49,795 nt of DNA from an uncultured Oscillospiraceae bacterium. Its GTDB lineage: Bacteria > Bacillota > Clostridia > Oscillospirales > Oscillospiraceae. Both the position numbers and the translations under genes were made by a program. The stretch is from NCBI GenBank assembly GCA_964425865.1, contig CAYROJ010000001.1, positions 1 through 49,795 of the forward strand, written 5' to 3'. Below, piece after piece: positions 35,039-44,158 of this stretch (the first letter of the stretch is position 1; each line of letters opens with the position of its first letter). The notes below the pieces were generated by a model. It was not told the DNA's origin, ran no database searches, and saw nothing but the letters and a program-made list of their open reading frames with translations.

Positions 35039-36364
35039 ATGCCGTCTTTTCAAACAATTCTGAAAAATACCCGACAGGCGTTGCAGTCGGTCTGGTTTTT
35101 ATTGCTGGTGTTTGCCGGTGCTGCCTGGGTGGTTGTCGCCCAGGCACCGATTGAGGGAACCATTGGTTTTGTGCTGCTGATCTGTGGGCTTCTGCTGCTG
35201 TCAGACAATACGGCAGTGACGCTTTTGCCCTTCTCGCTGATTTGTATGTTTGTGCTGAAGGAGTACGATAGCTTTGACCGTTTCATCAAGCTCTGGTGGC
35301 TGGCCATTCCTGTGGTGCCGTCGCTGTTGTTCCATTTGATCGCCTACCGGGAAAGAACACAAAAGGGGATTTTGCTCTATGCCCTTGCCGGCATTGCGGC
35401 TGCAATCACCTTTGGCGGTCTTGGCTCTATCACTTCAGCGGAGTATTTTACAGGTGCGAATCTGTATTATGTGGCCGGGCTGGGCGTTGGCATGATCCTG
35501 ATGCACCTGCTGATGACCGCCAAGTACCATGACCGTGATCGTTTTCGTATCAGTGAATATGTGTGCCTGGTCTTTTATCTGATCGGCCTTTTTGCTGTGT
35601 TCATGCTGGCACAGCACTTTGCCGTCCACTGGCAGCAGATCAAGATCTCCGGGGAGCTGCCGCAGATCCAGTGGAGCAATAATTTGTCCACTTTTTTGAT
35701 GATCGCCCTGCCTTTTGGCTTTTATTTCTCCAGAAAAAATGCGCTTCACATGGTGAGCACCATTTTGATGCTGGGGGCCATGCTGCTGTCCGGCAGCCGT
35801 GCACCGCTGATTTTTGGCGTTTTGGAATATGTGATCTGCGTGGTGGTGTTTTGTGTTATTGACTACAAGCATTGCTATGTATATCTGGTGCCGTTTGCAA
35901 TACTGGTGGGGCTGGTAGTCAAATGGTATCAGCCGATTCAGGAGTATTTTACGGAGATTCTCTCCTTGGAGGATCTGGAAAACGAAGCCCGGTATAAAAT
36001 GGCACTGCGTGCCTGGGGGGAGCTACGCTCCAATCCGCTGTTTGGCAGCGGCCTGGCTGCTACTTCCCGGCAGGATATTTATAACCCGGTGAAATTTGCC
36101 ATGAACTGGTATCACTCTGCACCCTTTCAAATCGTCGGCAGTTTGGGGATTATGGGAATACTGGCTTATAGCGGCCTGTGGATCAGCAGAGCGGTGGTTT
36201 TCTTTAAAAACCGGAGCGTGTTCGGCTACACGGTGATGCTCAGTCAGGTGGGACTTTTTTTGATGTCCATGGTAAATCCCGGCTTTTTCTGCCCCTTTCC
36301 CTATGAATTTTTTATGGTAATGCTATTTGCGGTGCTGGCACGGAAAGCCTCAGTAAATGAATAA
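35039..36364 (+). CDS. Polytopic membrane protein, O-antigen ligase/Wzy_C-like family
   Basis: About 11-12 TM segments. LSGSRA, R....RAW....SNPLFGSG, WYHS..Q and GIMG motifs are typical of O-antigen ligase-like proteins. The start could be 35039 or 34994. Confidence 0.75.
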   Translation: MPSFQTILKNTRQALQSVWFLLLVFAGAAWVVVAQAPIEGTIGFVLLICGLLLLSDNTAVTLLPFSLICMFVLKEYDSFDRFIKLWWLAIPVVPSLLFHLIAYRERTQKGILLYALAGIAAAITFGGLGSITSAEYFTGANLYYVAGLGVGMILMHLLMTAKYHDRDRFRISEYVCLVFYLIGLFAVFMLAQHFAVHWQQIKISGELPQIQWSNNLSTFLMIALPFGFYFSRKNALHMVSTILMLGAMLLSGSRAPLIFGVLEYVICVVVFCVIDYKHCYVYLVPFAILVGLVVKWYQPIQEYFTEILSLEDLENEARYKMALRAWGELRSNPLFGSGLAATSRQDIYNPVKFAMNWYHSAPFQIVGSLGIMGILAYSGLWISRAVVFFKNRSVFGYTVMLSQVGLFLMSMVNPGFFCPFPYEFFMVMLFAVLARKASVNE

Positions 36365-36365
36365 G

Positions 36366-36400
36366 AAAATGGACATTACCTCAGCGGTGATGTCCATTTT
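36366..36400. terminator. Bidirectional terminator
   Basis: AAAATGGACATTACC-tcagc-GGTGATGTCCATTTT between convergent genes. Confidence 0.8.
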
Positions 36401-36403
36401 AAT

Positions 36404-37102
36404 TTAGAACAAAATATAACGCAGCAGCACCAGAAAAAGCAGATGAGCAGGATAGAACCAGTAATTCAGCCACTTGAGCTGCCTGCCCCGCTGACCGTTG
36501 TAGAGGATGGTCAGCAGAAAACCGGGCAGAGCCCATGCCGTCTTATACAGGGGCAGAAAGGCGGCACAGGCGGCCAGAACGGGAGTGCTGCGCAGCAGAT
36601 ACCAAATGGCAATGACGGCAATGCCGAAATACGCATAGTCGGTAGACAGGAGCATAGACACAAGGCCGGCCGACAGGAAGCAAAGAAGAGCGAAAAATGG
36701 CCACCATTTCGTCTTTTTTTGCAGGCTTTCCATGATCCAGATCAGTCCCAGCCCCAAAGACAGGGTGAAAAATACATTTTGGGACTGCCATAAAAAGGCA
36801 ACGCTGCTAAAGCACAGGTCAAAGGGAATTTCAGAAATAATAGCAAAAAACACCAAATGAAGCAGGTATTTTCCCCGGTTACGGGTATGAAAAAATCCTT
36901 CGATCAGCAAAAAGCAGAAAATGGGAAAGGCGAAGCGGCCGACGATCTCGCAGAAGGAGCTGAAGATCAACAGGGGAAGACAGTCCGGCCTTCTCTGGAG
37001 AAATTCAAATATAATGGTTTTGTCCAGATGATCCAGAAACATGGTGGCCATGGCAATATGTTTGAGACTTGCGCCGGACAGCGGCTTTTTAATTTGTAGC
37101 AT
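36404..37102 (-). CDS. TraX family membrane protein (putative acyltransferase)
   Basis: LK.IAM.TM.LDH, GRFAFPIF.FLL.EGF.HTRN, SEIPF, QNVFFTL, TDY, YNG.RG and Y.FYPAH motifs. Confidence 0.9.
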   Translation of the reverse strand: MLQIKKPLSGASLKHIAMATMFLDHLDKTIIFEFLQRRPDCLPLLIFSSFCEIVGRFAFPIFCFLLIEGFFHTRNRGKYLLHLVFFAIISEIPFDLCFSSVAFLWQSQNVFFTLSLGLGLIWIMESLQKKTKWWPFFALLCFLSAGLVSMLLSTDYAYFGIAVIAIWYLLRSTPVLAACAAFLPLYKTAWALPGFLLTILYNGQRGRQLKWLNYWFYPAHLLFLVLLRYILF

Positions 37103-37111
37103 TTAGATACC

Positions 37112-38038
37112 TCAGTCAAACTGCTCCGGGTTGAGTCGACGGACATAGTCCAGATTTCGTTCGCCCAGACAGCCCACCAGCAGATAGCGGTTGTGCAGTT
37201 TGTCGTGGATAAACCGCCATAAAAGCCGGAAGTCCTGCACCTGTCCGGTGGAGGATACATGGGTACGGGGGCCGGAGCAGCGGTGGATGTGATCGCCAAT
37301 GGAAACATGGTTTTCGTCCACATAGGTAATGGGCAGATTTTGGGCGATCAGATCCAGAATTTTTTCCTCCAGCTCCTGCAGGTTCACCTGGGGAGGATAG
37401 TTTGCAAACGCCATGACAAAGCCGTGACGCACATCGTCATAGGTGACACGGGCCAGGTCTTCCGGCGGCAGCAGCATTTCGCACAGATCCTCAGCCGTGT
37501 GGCACATAAGACGGTAGGGAAGAGAGGCGTATACCACATCACGGATCTCATTTGGTTCCGGGCCAAACAGATTGGGTCGGGTAATGACCACTTCTTCTCC
37601 AACACCCACCAGCAGGTCTGCATTCATGCCCCGAAGCAGAGGATACACCAGCTCAAAATGCTCTACGATCACCCGCTTGCCTTGCTTGACGGCAGTAAGG
37701 ATGGCCTGTGCCAATTCGGAAAGCTGGGTAAAGCCGGTCTCAAAGCGAATGTCCGCATGGTAGGTATGGGGGGAAAAGAACCCCCGGTGCTGGTCTATGT
37801 CCAGAAGAGGCAGCGGGCGAATGTAAATACCGTCATCATCGTTGGTCAGATCCACATTGGGAAACATTCCCCGGATCAGGGCGCTTTTTCCGGCACCGGC
37901 ATCGCCGATGACTCCGATGAGCTTATCGGTGGGGGACAGGTACAATTGAGCCAGCTGCATTCCCAAAGCGTACATTCGTGCGTGACCTCGGGGCGCAAAG
38001 TAAGAACTGATGATATGACATTCCTGGCGTTCCTGCAT
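37112..38038 (-). CDS. Uncharacterised P-loop NTPase fused to an AlaX/tRNA-synthetase second-additional-domain-like region
   Basis: Walker A GDAGAGKS and Walker-B-like VIVEH. The C-terminal HTAEDL...LEEKILDLIAQNLPI...CSGPRTHVSSTGQV resembles the HxxxH...CxGxH editing domain. AGGAGG RBS. Confidence 0.8.
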   Translation of the reverse strand: MQERQECHIISSYFAPRGHARMYALGMQLAQLYLSPTDKLIGVIGDAGAGKSALIRGMFPNVDLTNDDDGIYIRPLPLLDIDQHRGFFSPHTYHADIRFETGFTQLSELAQAILTAVKQGKRVIVEHFELVYPLLRGMNADLLVGVGEEVVITRPNLFGPEPNEIRDVVYASLPYRLMCHTAEDLCEMLLPPEDLARVTYDDVRHGFVMAFANYPPQVNLQELEEKILDLIAQNLPITYVDENHVSIGDHIHRCSGPRTHVSSTGQVQDFRLLWRFIHDKLHNRYLLVGCLGERNLDYVRRLNPEQFD

Positions 38039-38117
38039 AAGGTGACCTCCTGAGGATGGATTTTAAGACAGTATAGCAGATTTTCGTCAAAATGAAAAGA
38101 GAAATGGGAAAAATAGT

Positions 38118-38146
38118 TTGCATATTTTGTGATTATGCTATATAAT
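38118..38146 (+). promoter_or_regulatory. Sigma-A promoter of the citDEF-like/hydratase operon
   Basis: TTGCAT-17 nt-TATAAT. Confidence 0.7.
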
Positions 38147-38195
38147 AGCCCTGTTTGAAAAAAGAATAACTTTGTGAAAGGGGTTATTATTTATT

Positions 38196-38468
38196 ATGGC
38201 AGAAATCATCAAGGCTGCCTGCGCCGGCACAGACGAGAAAAGCGACATGGTCGTAGAGATTTCTCCCTGCGCAGAAGGCGTGGTTCTGGAATTGCAGAGT
38301 GTGGTTGCCAATCAGTTTGGCCCGTCCATTGAGGCCTCCATCCGGGAAGTGGTCGCATCCTTGGGTGTGACCAATGTCCATATCAAAGCCAGCGACAGAG
38401 GCGCATTGGATTGCGTTCTGCGGGCAAGAGTTGAAACCGCTTTGCGGCGGGGAATGGGGGAAGTGTAA
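38196..38468 (+). CDS. citD: Citrate/citramalate lyase acyl carrier protein (gamma subunit)
   Basis: AGT.E.SD, SV..QFG..I and D.GALDC...AR..TA motifs. 90 aa. Confidence 0.9.
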   Translation: MAEIIKAACAGTDEKSDMVVEISPCAEGVVLELQSVVANQFGPSIEASIREVVASLGVTNVHIKASDRGALDCVLRARVETALRRGMGEV

Positions 38469-39346
38469 TGCGCAGAAGTATGCTGTTCCTGCCGGGTAAT
38501 GCGCCGAAAATGATCATCAATGGCAATTACCTAGGTTCTGATGCTGTTATTTTTGACCTGGAGGATGCCGTTTCTCCTGCAGAAAAGGATGCCGCCCGCT
38601 ATTTGGTGCGCAATGTGCTGTCCGCTCTGGAATTTGATCGGGTGGAGACCATTGTTCGTATCAACTCCATCGATACCCCCTTCTGGCAAAAGGATCTGGA
38701 TGCCATCGTGCCCCAGAAGCCGGATATGATCATGCTGCCTAAGACCGGTGTGGCTCATGATGTGGAAGTGGTGGACGATTATCTGACTGCCTTGGAGGAG
38801 AAGCTGGGGATGGCTCAGGGCACAGTTCGCCTGGTGCCCCTGATCGAGACTGCGCTGGGCATTGAAAATGCCTATTTCATTGCGTCTGCCCGTCCCCGTG
38901 TGACTGCCCTGTTCCTGGGTGCGGAGGATCTGACCGCTGACCTGCGCTGCAAGCGCACCAAGGAAGGCCGTGAGATCGATTATGCACGCAGCCGCATGGT
39001 CAACGCCGCCCGTGCCGCTGGTGTGGATGTGTACGACACGCCTTTCACCGATGTCAACGATGACGAGGGGATTCTGGCTGATGCAGCCTACGCCAAGAGC
39101 CTGGGCTTCACCGGCAAGGCTTCCATTTCTCCCCGTCATATTACCGCAATCAATACGGTTTTTAGCCCCAGCAAGGCGGACATTGCCTATGCATACGAAG
39201 TGATGGACGCCATCGCCGAGGCCAAAGCTCAGGGTAAGGGCGCCATCGCACTGCGTGGCAAGATGATCGATGCACCGATTGTGGCCCGTGCAGAGCAGAC
39301 CATTGCTGCAGCCAAGGCTCTGGGTATTCGCAAGGAGGATCTGTAA
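38468..39346 (+). CDS. citE: CitE-like C-C lyase (beta subunit; by context citramalyl-ACP/CoA lyase)
   Basis: RRSMLFLPG, IFDLEDAV...EKDAAR, IETALG, GAEDL.ADL, GF.GK..I.P and GKMID.P motifs. Confidence 0.92.
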   Translation: MRRSMLFLPGNAPKMIINGNYLGSDAVIFDLEDAVSPAEKDAARYLVRNVLSALEFDRVETIVRINSIDTPFWQKDLDAIVPQKPDMIMLPKTGVAHDVEVVDDYLTALEEKLGMAQGTVRLVPLIETALGIENAYFIASARPRVTALFLGAEDLTADLRCKRTKEGREIDYARSRMVNAARAAGVDVYDTPFTDVNDDEGILADAAYAKSLGFTGKASISPRHITAINTVFSPSKADIAYAYEVMDAIAEAKAQGKGAIALRGKMIDAPIVARAEQTIAAAKALGIRKEDL

Positions 39347-40755
39347 TGAGAGATAAGAAATTAGTTGCGTCCATCCGTGATGCCATTATCGCCTCCGGCT
39401 TGAAGGACGGCATGACCATTTCCTTCCACCACCACATGAGAAACGGTGACTATGTGCTGAACATGGTCATGGATGAGATCGCCGCCCTGGGCATTAAGGA
39501 TCTGACCGTCAATGCAACGGCGCTGTTTGACATCCATCTGCCCCTGATCGAGCATATCAAAAACGGTGTGGTCACCACACTGATGACCAATTATATGTCT
39601 GCCGGATTGGGCAAGATCATCTGCTCCGGTATTATGGAAAATCCTGTCCAGTTCCGCACCCATGGCCGCCGTCCCGATGATATTGTTCACGGCAGAACAC
39701 CCATCGATGTGGCCTTCGTGGCAGCCCCGCAGTCTGATGATATGGGCAACTGCACCGGTAAGTATGGCAAGTCCGCCTGTGGCAGCTTTGGCTATGCCAT
39801 CGTTGATGCCCAGTACGCCAAAAAGACCGTTGTCATCACGGACGAGCTGGTGGAATACCCACTGCTGGGCTTCTCTGTGCCGGAAGTATATGTGGATTAT
39901 GTGGTGAAGGTGGATGCCATCGGCGATCCCAACGGTATCGTTTCCGGCACTACCCGGATCACCCGTGATCCGGTGGGCCTTGCGATGGCTCAGTGGGCTG
40001 CCAAGGTGGTGGAGCACTCCGGCCTTCTGGTGGACGGCTTCTCCTTCCAGACCGGTGCCGGTGGCGCAACTTTGGCCGGTGCAAAATATTTGAAGGATAT
40101 TATGCTGGAAAAGGGGATCAAGGGCAGCTATGTCATGGGCGGCATTACCAAGTATATTCTGGAAATGCTGAATGAAGGCTGCTTCCGTACTATTTTGGAC
40201 GGCCAGAGCTTTGACCTGGCGGCAGTGGAGTCCTTGCGCAATGACCCCCGTCATCAGGAGGTTTCTCTGTACCACTATGCAGGCCCCACCGCTCCCAGCT
40301 CCATCGTCAACAGTCTGGACACCATCTTCGCCGGTGCAACGGAAATCGACACCGACTTTAATGTCAATGTCCATACGGACTCCAACGGCATCATTATGGG
40401 CGGCTCCGGTGGCCACAGCGATATTTGCGCCGGTGCAAAAATGTCTGTTATCATCACCCCCATGTTCCGCAACCGCCTGCCCATGATCCGTGACCGTGTC
40501 ACCACCATCACTACCCCCGGTAAGGATGTGGATGTTCTGGTCACCCAGGGAGGCATCGCTGTCAACCCCCGTCAGCAGGAGCTGAAGGATCGGTTGACCG
40601 CTGCCGGACTGCCTATTGTAGACATTCATGAATTGCAGGCAAAGGCCGAACGTATGACCGGAAAGCCCCTGTCTGTGCCCCACGGCGACAAGGTGGTGGC
40701 AGAAGTTATCTACCGGGACGGCACCATTATCGACCGAATTTACAACACCCTGTAA
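39346..40755 (+). CDS. citF: CitF-like transferase (alpha subunit; by context citramalate ACP/CoA-transferase)
   Basis: GLKDGMTISFHHH.RNGD, SFQTGAGG, GATEIDTDFNVNV, GGSGGHSD, TTPG..VDV and YRDG.IID motifs. Confidence 0.92.
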   Translation: MRDKKLVASIRDAIIASGLKDGMTISFHHHMRNGDYVLNMVMDEIAALGIKDLTVNATALFDIHLPLIEHIKNGVVTTLMTNYMSAGLGKIICSGIMENPVQFRTHGRRPDDIVHGRTPIDVAFVAAPQSDDMGNCTGKYGKSACGSFGYAIVDAQYAKKTVVITDELVEYPLLGFSVPEVYVDYVVKVDAIGDPNGIVSGTTRITRDPVGLAMAQWAAKVVEHSGLLVDGFSFQTGAGGATLAGAKYLKDIMLEKGIKGSYVMGGITKYILEMLNEGCFRTILDGQSFDLAAVESLRNDPRHQEVSLYHYAGPTAPSSIVNSLDTIFAGATEIDTDFNVNVHTDSNGIIMGGSGGHSDICAGAKMSVIITPMFRNRLPMIRDRVTTITTPGKDVDVLVTQGGIAVNPRQQELKDRLTAAGLPIVDIHELQAKAERMTGKPLSVPHGDKVVAEVIYRDGTIIDRIYNTL

Positions 40756-40770
40756 GGGGAGGAAAATACC

Positions 40771-41610
40771 ATGCGGGAAATCAGCAGTGAGAAAATCACA
40801 GAGGTCGTGCGCCGACTGTCCATCGAAGCCAACTGCCACTTGCCCGATGACATGAAGAATGCCATCGAAAAGGCCTGTGAAGGGGAGACCTGGCCTCAGG
40901 CCAGAGAAATTCTGGACAAAATTCGTGAAAACTATGCCATTGCCGACCGGGAGGATTGCCCTATTTGCCAGGACACCGGCGTTGCCTGCGTCTTTGTGAA
41001 GATGGGACAGGAAGTCCATGTGCAGGGTGATTTGGCACAGGCCATCCACGAAGGTGTCCGTCAGGGCTACCGGGACGGTTACTTGCGCAAAAGCGTGGTG
41101 CGTGATCCTCTGGATCGGGTCAACACCGGGGATAATACCCCGGCCATGATCTACTATGACATCGTGCCCGGTGACGGCTTCAAAATTACGGTCGCCCCCA
41201 AGGGCTTCGGCAGCGAAAATATGAGCCAGATTAAAATGCTCAAGCCCTCTGACGGCTTGCAGGGCGTAAAGGATTTTGTGGTGCAGGTGGTCAAGGAGGC
41301 TGGCCCCAATCCCTGTCCGCCCATTGTGGTGGGCGTTGGCATCGGCGGCACTTTCGACAAGGCGGCGCTGCTGGCCAAAAAAGCGCTGATGCGCCATGCA
41401 GGGCAGCCCAATCCTGCCCCTTTCTATGCAGATCTGGAGCAGGAGCTGCTGGAGAAGATCAATGCTTTGGGCATTGGCCCTCAGGGCTTTGGCGGCAAGA
41501 CCACGGCACTGGCGGTCCATATCGAGCAAATGCCCACCCACATTGCTGGCCTGCCCGTGGCTGTGAACATCAACTGCCATGTGACACGCCATCAGACGGA
41601 GGTGCTGTAA
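40771..41610 (+). CDS. Class I Fe-S hydro-lyase alpha subunit (fumarase/mesaconase)
   Basis: PICQDTG, LRKSVV.DP, NTGDNTP, KG.GSEN, NPCPP, GIGPQG.GG and CH..RH motifs. Confidence 0.93.
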   Translation: MREISSEKITEVVRRLSIEANCHLPDDMKNAIEKACEGETWPQAREILDKIRENYAIADREDCPICQDTGVACVFVKMGQEVHVQGDLAQAIHEGVRQGYRDGYLRKSVVRDPLDRVNTGDNTPAMIYYDIVPGDGFKITVAPKGFGSENMSQIKMLKPSDGLQGVKDFVVQVVKEAGPNPCPPIVVGVGIGGTFDKAALLAKKALMRHAGQPNPAPFYADLEQELLEKINALGIGPQGFGGKTTALAVHIEQMPTHIAGLPVAVNINCHVTRHQTEVL

Positions 41611-42171
41611 ATGGCAATTTCTGTATCTGTTCCCATGAGTCGGGAAACTGCTCGCAGCCTGAAAGCAGGCGACAGTGTGCTGCTGTCCGGTGTGATCTAT
41701 ACTGCCCGGGATGCTGCCCATAAGCGATTGTGTGAGCTGGCTGCCCAGGGAAAAGAACTGCCGCTGGATGTGAAGGACAGTGTTATCTACTTCGTTGGCC
41801 CTACCCCGGCAAAGCCTGGGGAGGTCATTGGTTCTGCCGGCCCTACCACCGCTTACCGGATGGATGCTTACAGCCCCACGCTGATCGAAATGGGCCTGAC
41901 CGGTATGATCGGCAAGGGTAAGCGCAATGAAACGGTTGTCTCTGCTATGCGGACACATGGCGCTGTTTATTTCGGTGCCATCGGTGGCTGCGGTGCGCTT
42001 CTGAGCCGCTGCATCAAGAAAGCGGAAGTCATTGCCTATGAAGACCTGGGGGCAGAGGCGATCCGCCGTTTGGAAGTGGAGGACCTGCCTGTGATCGTCA
42101 TTATCGACAGCCTCGGCAATAATCTGTATGAAACCGGCAAGGCCGATTATTTGGCAAGCTTGGAAAAATGA
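41611..42171 (+). CDS. Class I Fe-S hydro-lyase beta subunit (fumarase/mesaconase)
   Basis: L.AGD.V.LSG.IYTARDAAH, GPTT..RMD, IGKG and DLGAEAI motifs. Confidence 0.93.
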   Translation: MAISVSVPMSRETARSLKAGDSVLLSGVIYTARDAAHKRLCELAAQGKELPLDVKDSVIYFVGPTPAKPGEVIGSAGPTTAYRMDAYSPTLIEMGLTGMIGKGKRNETVVSAMRTHGAVYFGAIGGCGALLSRCIKKAEVIAYEDLGAEAIRRLEVEDLPVIVIIDSLGNNLYETGKADYLASLEK

Positions 42172-42176
42172 AAAGT

Positions 42177-42210
42177 CGCCGTCCTTCTTTGCCGGAAGGA
42201 CGGCGCTTTT
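42177..42210 (+). terminator. Rho-independent terminator
   Basis: CGCCGTCCTTC-tttgccg-GAAGGACGGCG followed by CTTTT. Confidence 0.75.
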
Positions 42211-42245
42211 GCTGAAATAATTTGGTCAAAATGCTCAAAGATGGC

Positions 42246-42274
42246 TTGACAAAATCCCGGAAAATAGGTAGTAT
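42246..42274 (+). promoter_or_regulatory. Sigma-A promoter of the glutamate mutase operon
   Basis: TTGACA-17 nt-TAGTAT. Confidence 0.65.
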
Positions 42275-42335
42275 ATACGGAGGTACGCCATGCCCTGGCG
42301 AGCCGTGATTATGAAAGCATTTATGAGGTGCAAAT

Positions 42336-42770
42336 ATGAATGCAGACAAGAAAAAGGTATTGGTCATTGGCGTGATCGGCGCTGATGTCCATGCAGTTGG
42401 CAACAAGATCCTCTACCACGCCTTTACAGAAGCCGGATTTGAAGTGGTGAATTTGGGTGTGATGGTTTCCCAGGAAGAATATATTGCCGCTGCCATTGAG
42501 TCCGATGCGGATGCCATTGTGGTGTCCTCCCTGTACGGTCAGGGTGAGCTGGACTGCCGTGGTATGCGTGAAAAGTGCAACGAAGCAGGTCTGGTCGGCA
42601 TTCCGCTGGTGGTGGGCGGTAACATCGTCATCGGCAAACAGCAGTTTGAGGATGTGGAACGCCGGTTTAAGGACATGGGTTTTGACCGGGCATTTCCTCC
42701 CGGCACCTCTCCTGAAACTACCATTGAAGCCCTGCGTGAGTTGCTGCACATGGACGGTGAGGATAAGTGA
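42336..42770 (+). CDS. glmS: Glutamate mutase (methylaspartate mutase) S subunit, B12-binding
   Basis: B12 motif [26 protein letters not shown] and PPGT. Confidence 0.96.
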   Translation: MNADKKKVLVIGVIGADVHAVGNKILYHAFTEAGFEVVNLGVMVSQEEYIAAAIESDADAIVVSSLYGQGELDCRGMREKCNEAGLVGIPLVVGGNIVIGKQQFEDVERRFKDMGFDRAFPPGTSPETTIEALRELLHMDGEDK

Positions 42771-44158
42771 AGCCTGTCCTTCTGATTGACTTTGGTTCTA
42801 CATATACAAAATTAACAGCTGTGGATGTGGAAGGGGAGCGCATTTTAGGCACAGCCGCTTCCTACACCACTGTACAAACTGACATTAACGATGGCTTGGA
42901 AAAAGGCTTGAAAATGCTGGAAGAGAAGATCGGCAAGGTGGATTTTGCGGAAACCTTCGCCTGCTCTTCCGCTGCCGGCGGCCTGCGGATGGTGGCCAGC
43001 GGCCTTGTGCCGGAGCTGACCTCGGAGGCGGCAAAGCTGGCTTCCCTGGGCGCAGGCGCAAAGATCGTCGGTTTATACTCTTTCCAGCTGACGGAAGATG
43101 ATCTGGAGGAGATCGAAGCTTTGCAGCCGGATATTTTCCTGCTGGTGGGCGGCACCGACGGCGGCAACACTGCCTGTATCCTCCATAATGCGGAAATGCT
43201 TTCCCATCTGGAACCCAAATTCCCGGTGGTCATTGCCGGAAATCGCAGCGCTGCAAGGCAGTGCCAGCGACTGCTTGCAAATTTCGAAACCTATATCTGC
43301 CCCAATGTGATGCCCAAGTTTGGCACGCTGAACATTGAACCAACTCAAAAGCAAATTCGGGAGATCTTTCTAAACCGTATTATTCAGGCCAAGGGCTTGA
43401 GTAAGGCAACCACCCTTTTGTCCGACATAATGATGCCCACCCCCTCGGCAGTGCTGCAAGCCATGGAGCTTTTGAGTGAAGGCTGCGACGGAGAGAGCGG
43501 CATCGGTGATCTGATCGCCGTGGATGTGGGCGGTGCAACCACGGATATTTACTCCATTGCCGACGGTATGCCCGAGGGCATGAATACGGTCTACAAAGGA
43601 CTGATGGAGCCTTTCGCCAAGCGAACGGTGGAAGGGGACATCGGTATGCGCTACTCGGTCAAGGGCATTCTGGAAACCGCCGGCGCTGACCGGATCGGCC
43701 GCATTGCCGGGATCAAGCCCGGCAGGGTAGAGGAGTTGGTCTCCTGGCTGCGGGAGCACACCGACTCCGTGCCCGATGGCAATGAGGAGCTGGAAAAGCT
43801 GGACTATGCCCTGGCGGCCATGGCCATCGAAACGGCGGTGACCCGTCACGCCGGTACCATGGAAGAGACCTATACTATGATGGGACTGACCTATGTCCAG
43901 TCCGGCAAAAATCTGACCCATGTAAAGCAGGTCGTGGTAACAGGCGGCAGCCTGATCCATACGAAACGAACAGAAGAAATCGCAAAATACGCCCTTTTCT
44001 CCTCGGCACAGCCCATGTCCCTGCGGCCCAAGGAGGCCTCGGTGTGGGTGGACAGAACATACATCTTGGCCGCAATGGGGCTGATCAGCAATCGCTATCC
44101 CCAGCAGGCCCTAAGAATCATGAAGAAAGAGCTGGAATATTATGGACATTCAGAATAA
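42767..44158 (+). CDS. glmL: Glutamate mutase reactivation/accessory protein
   Basis: ASKHA-type motifs [36 protein letters not shown] and [13 protein letters not shown]. Lies between the S and E subunit genes. Confidence 0.94.
   Translation: MKPVLLIDFGSTYTKLTAVDVEGERILGTAASYTTVQTDINDGLEKGLKMLEEKIGKVDFAETFACSSAAGGLRMVASGLVPELTSEAAKLASLGAGAKIVGLYSFQLTEDDLEEIEALQPDIFLLVGGTDGGNTACILHNAEMLSHLEPKFPVVIAGNRSAARQCQRLLANFETYICPNVMPKFGTLNIEPTQKQIREIFLNRIIQAKGLSKATTLLSDIMMPTPSAVLQAMELLSEGCDGESGIGDLIAVDVGGATTDIYSIADGMPEGMNTVYKGLMEPFAKRTVEGDIGMRYSVKGILETAGADRIGRIAGIKPGRVEELVSWLREHTDSVPDGNEELEKLDYALAAMAIETAVTRHAGTMEETYTMMGLTYVQSGKNLTHVKQVVVTGGSLIHTKRTEEIAKYALFSSAQPMSLRPKEASVWVDRTYILAAMGLISNRYPQQALRIMKKELEYYGHSE

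Noticed and set aside
36404-37102. TraX as evidence of a conjugative element
   Set aside because: No relaxase, T4SS, integrase or att sites are visible. TraX-family genes are common chromosomal orphans in Firmicutes.
38196-40755. Citrate fermentation operon
   Set aside because: No citC/G/X, citrate carrier or oxaloacetate decarboxylase is present. The context with the hydratase, glm and mal favours citramalate.
39361-41958. 865-aa minus-strand ORF (also 29227-31479, 27647-29230, 11896-13530, 23703-25283 and 45596-46885)
   Set aside because: These are antisense shadows of clearly identified genes. They have no RBS or motifs and are explained by sense-strand codon bias that avoids TTA/CTA/TCA.
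42172-42335. Cobalamin riboswitch upstream of glutamate mutase
   Set aside because: The region is filled by a terminator and a promoter, leaving a ~55-nt leader with no B12-box consensus.
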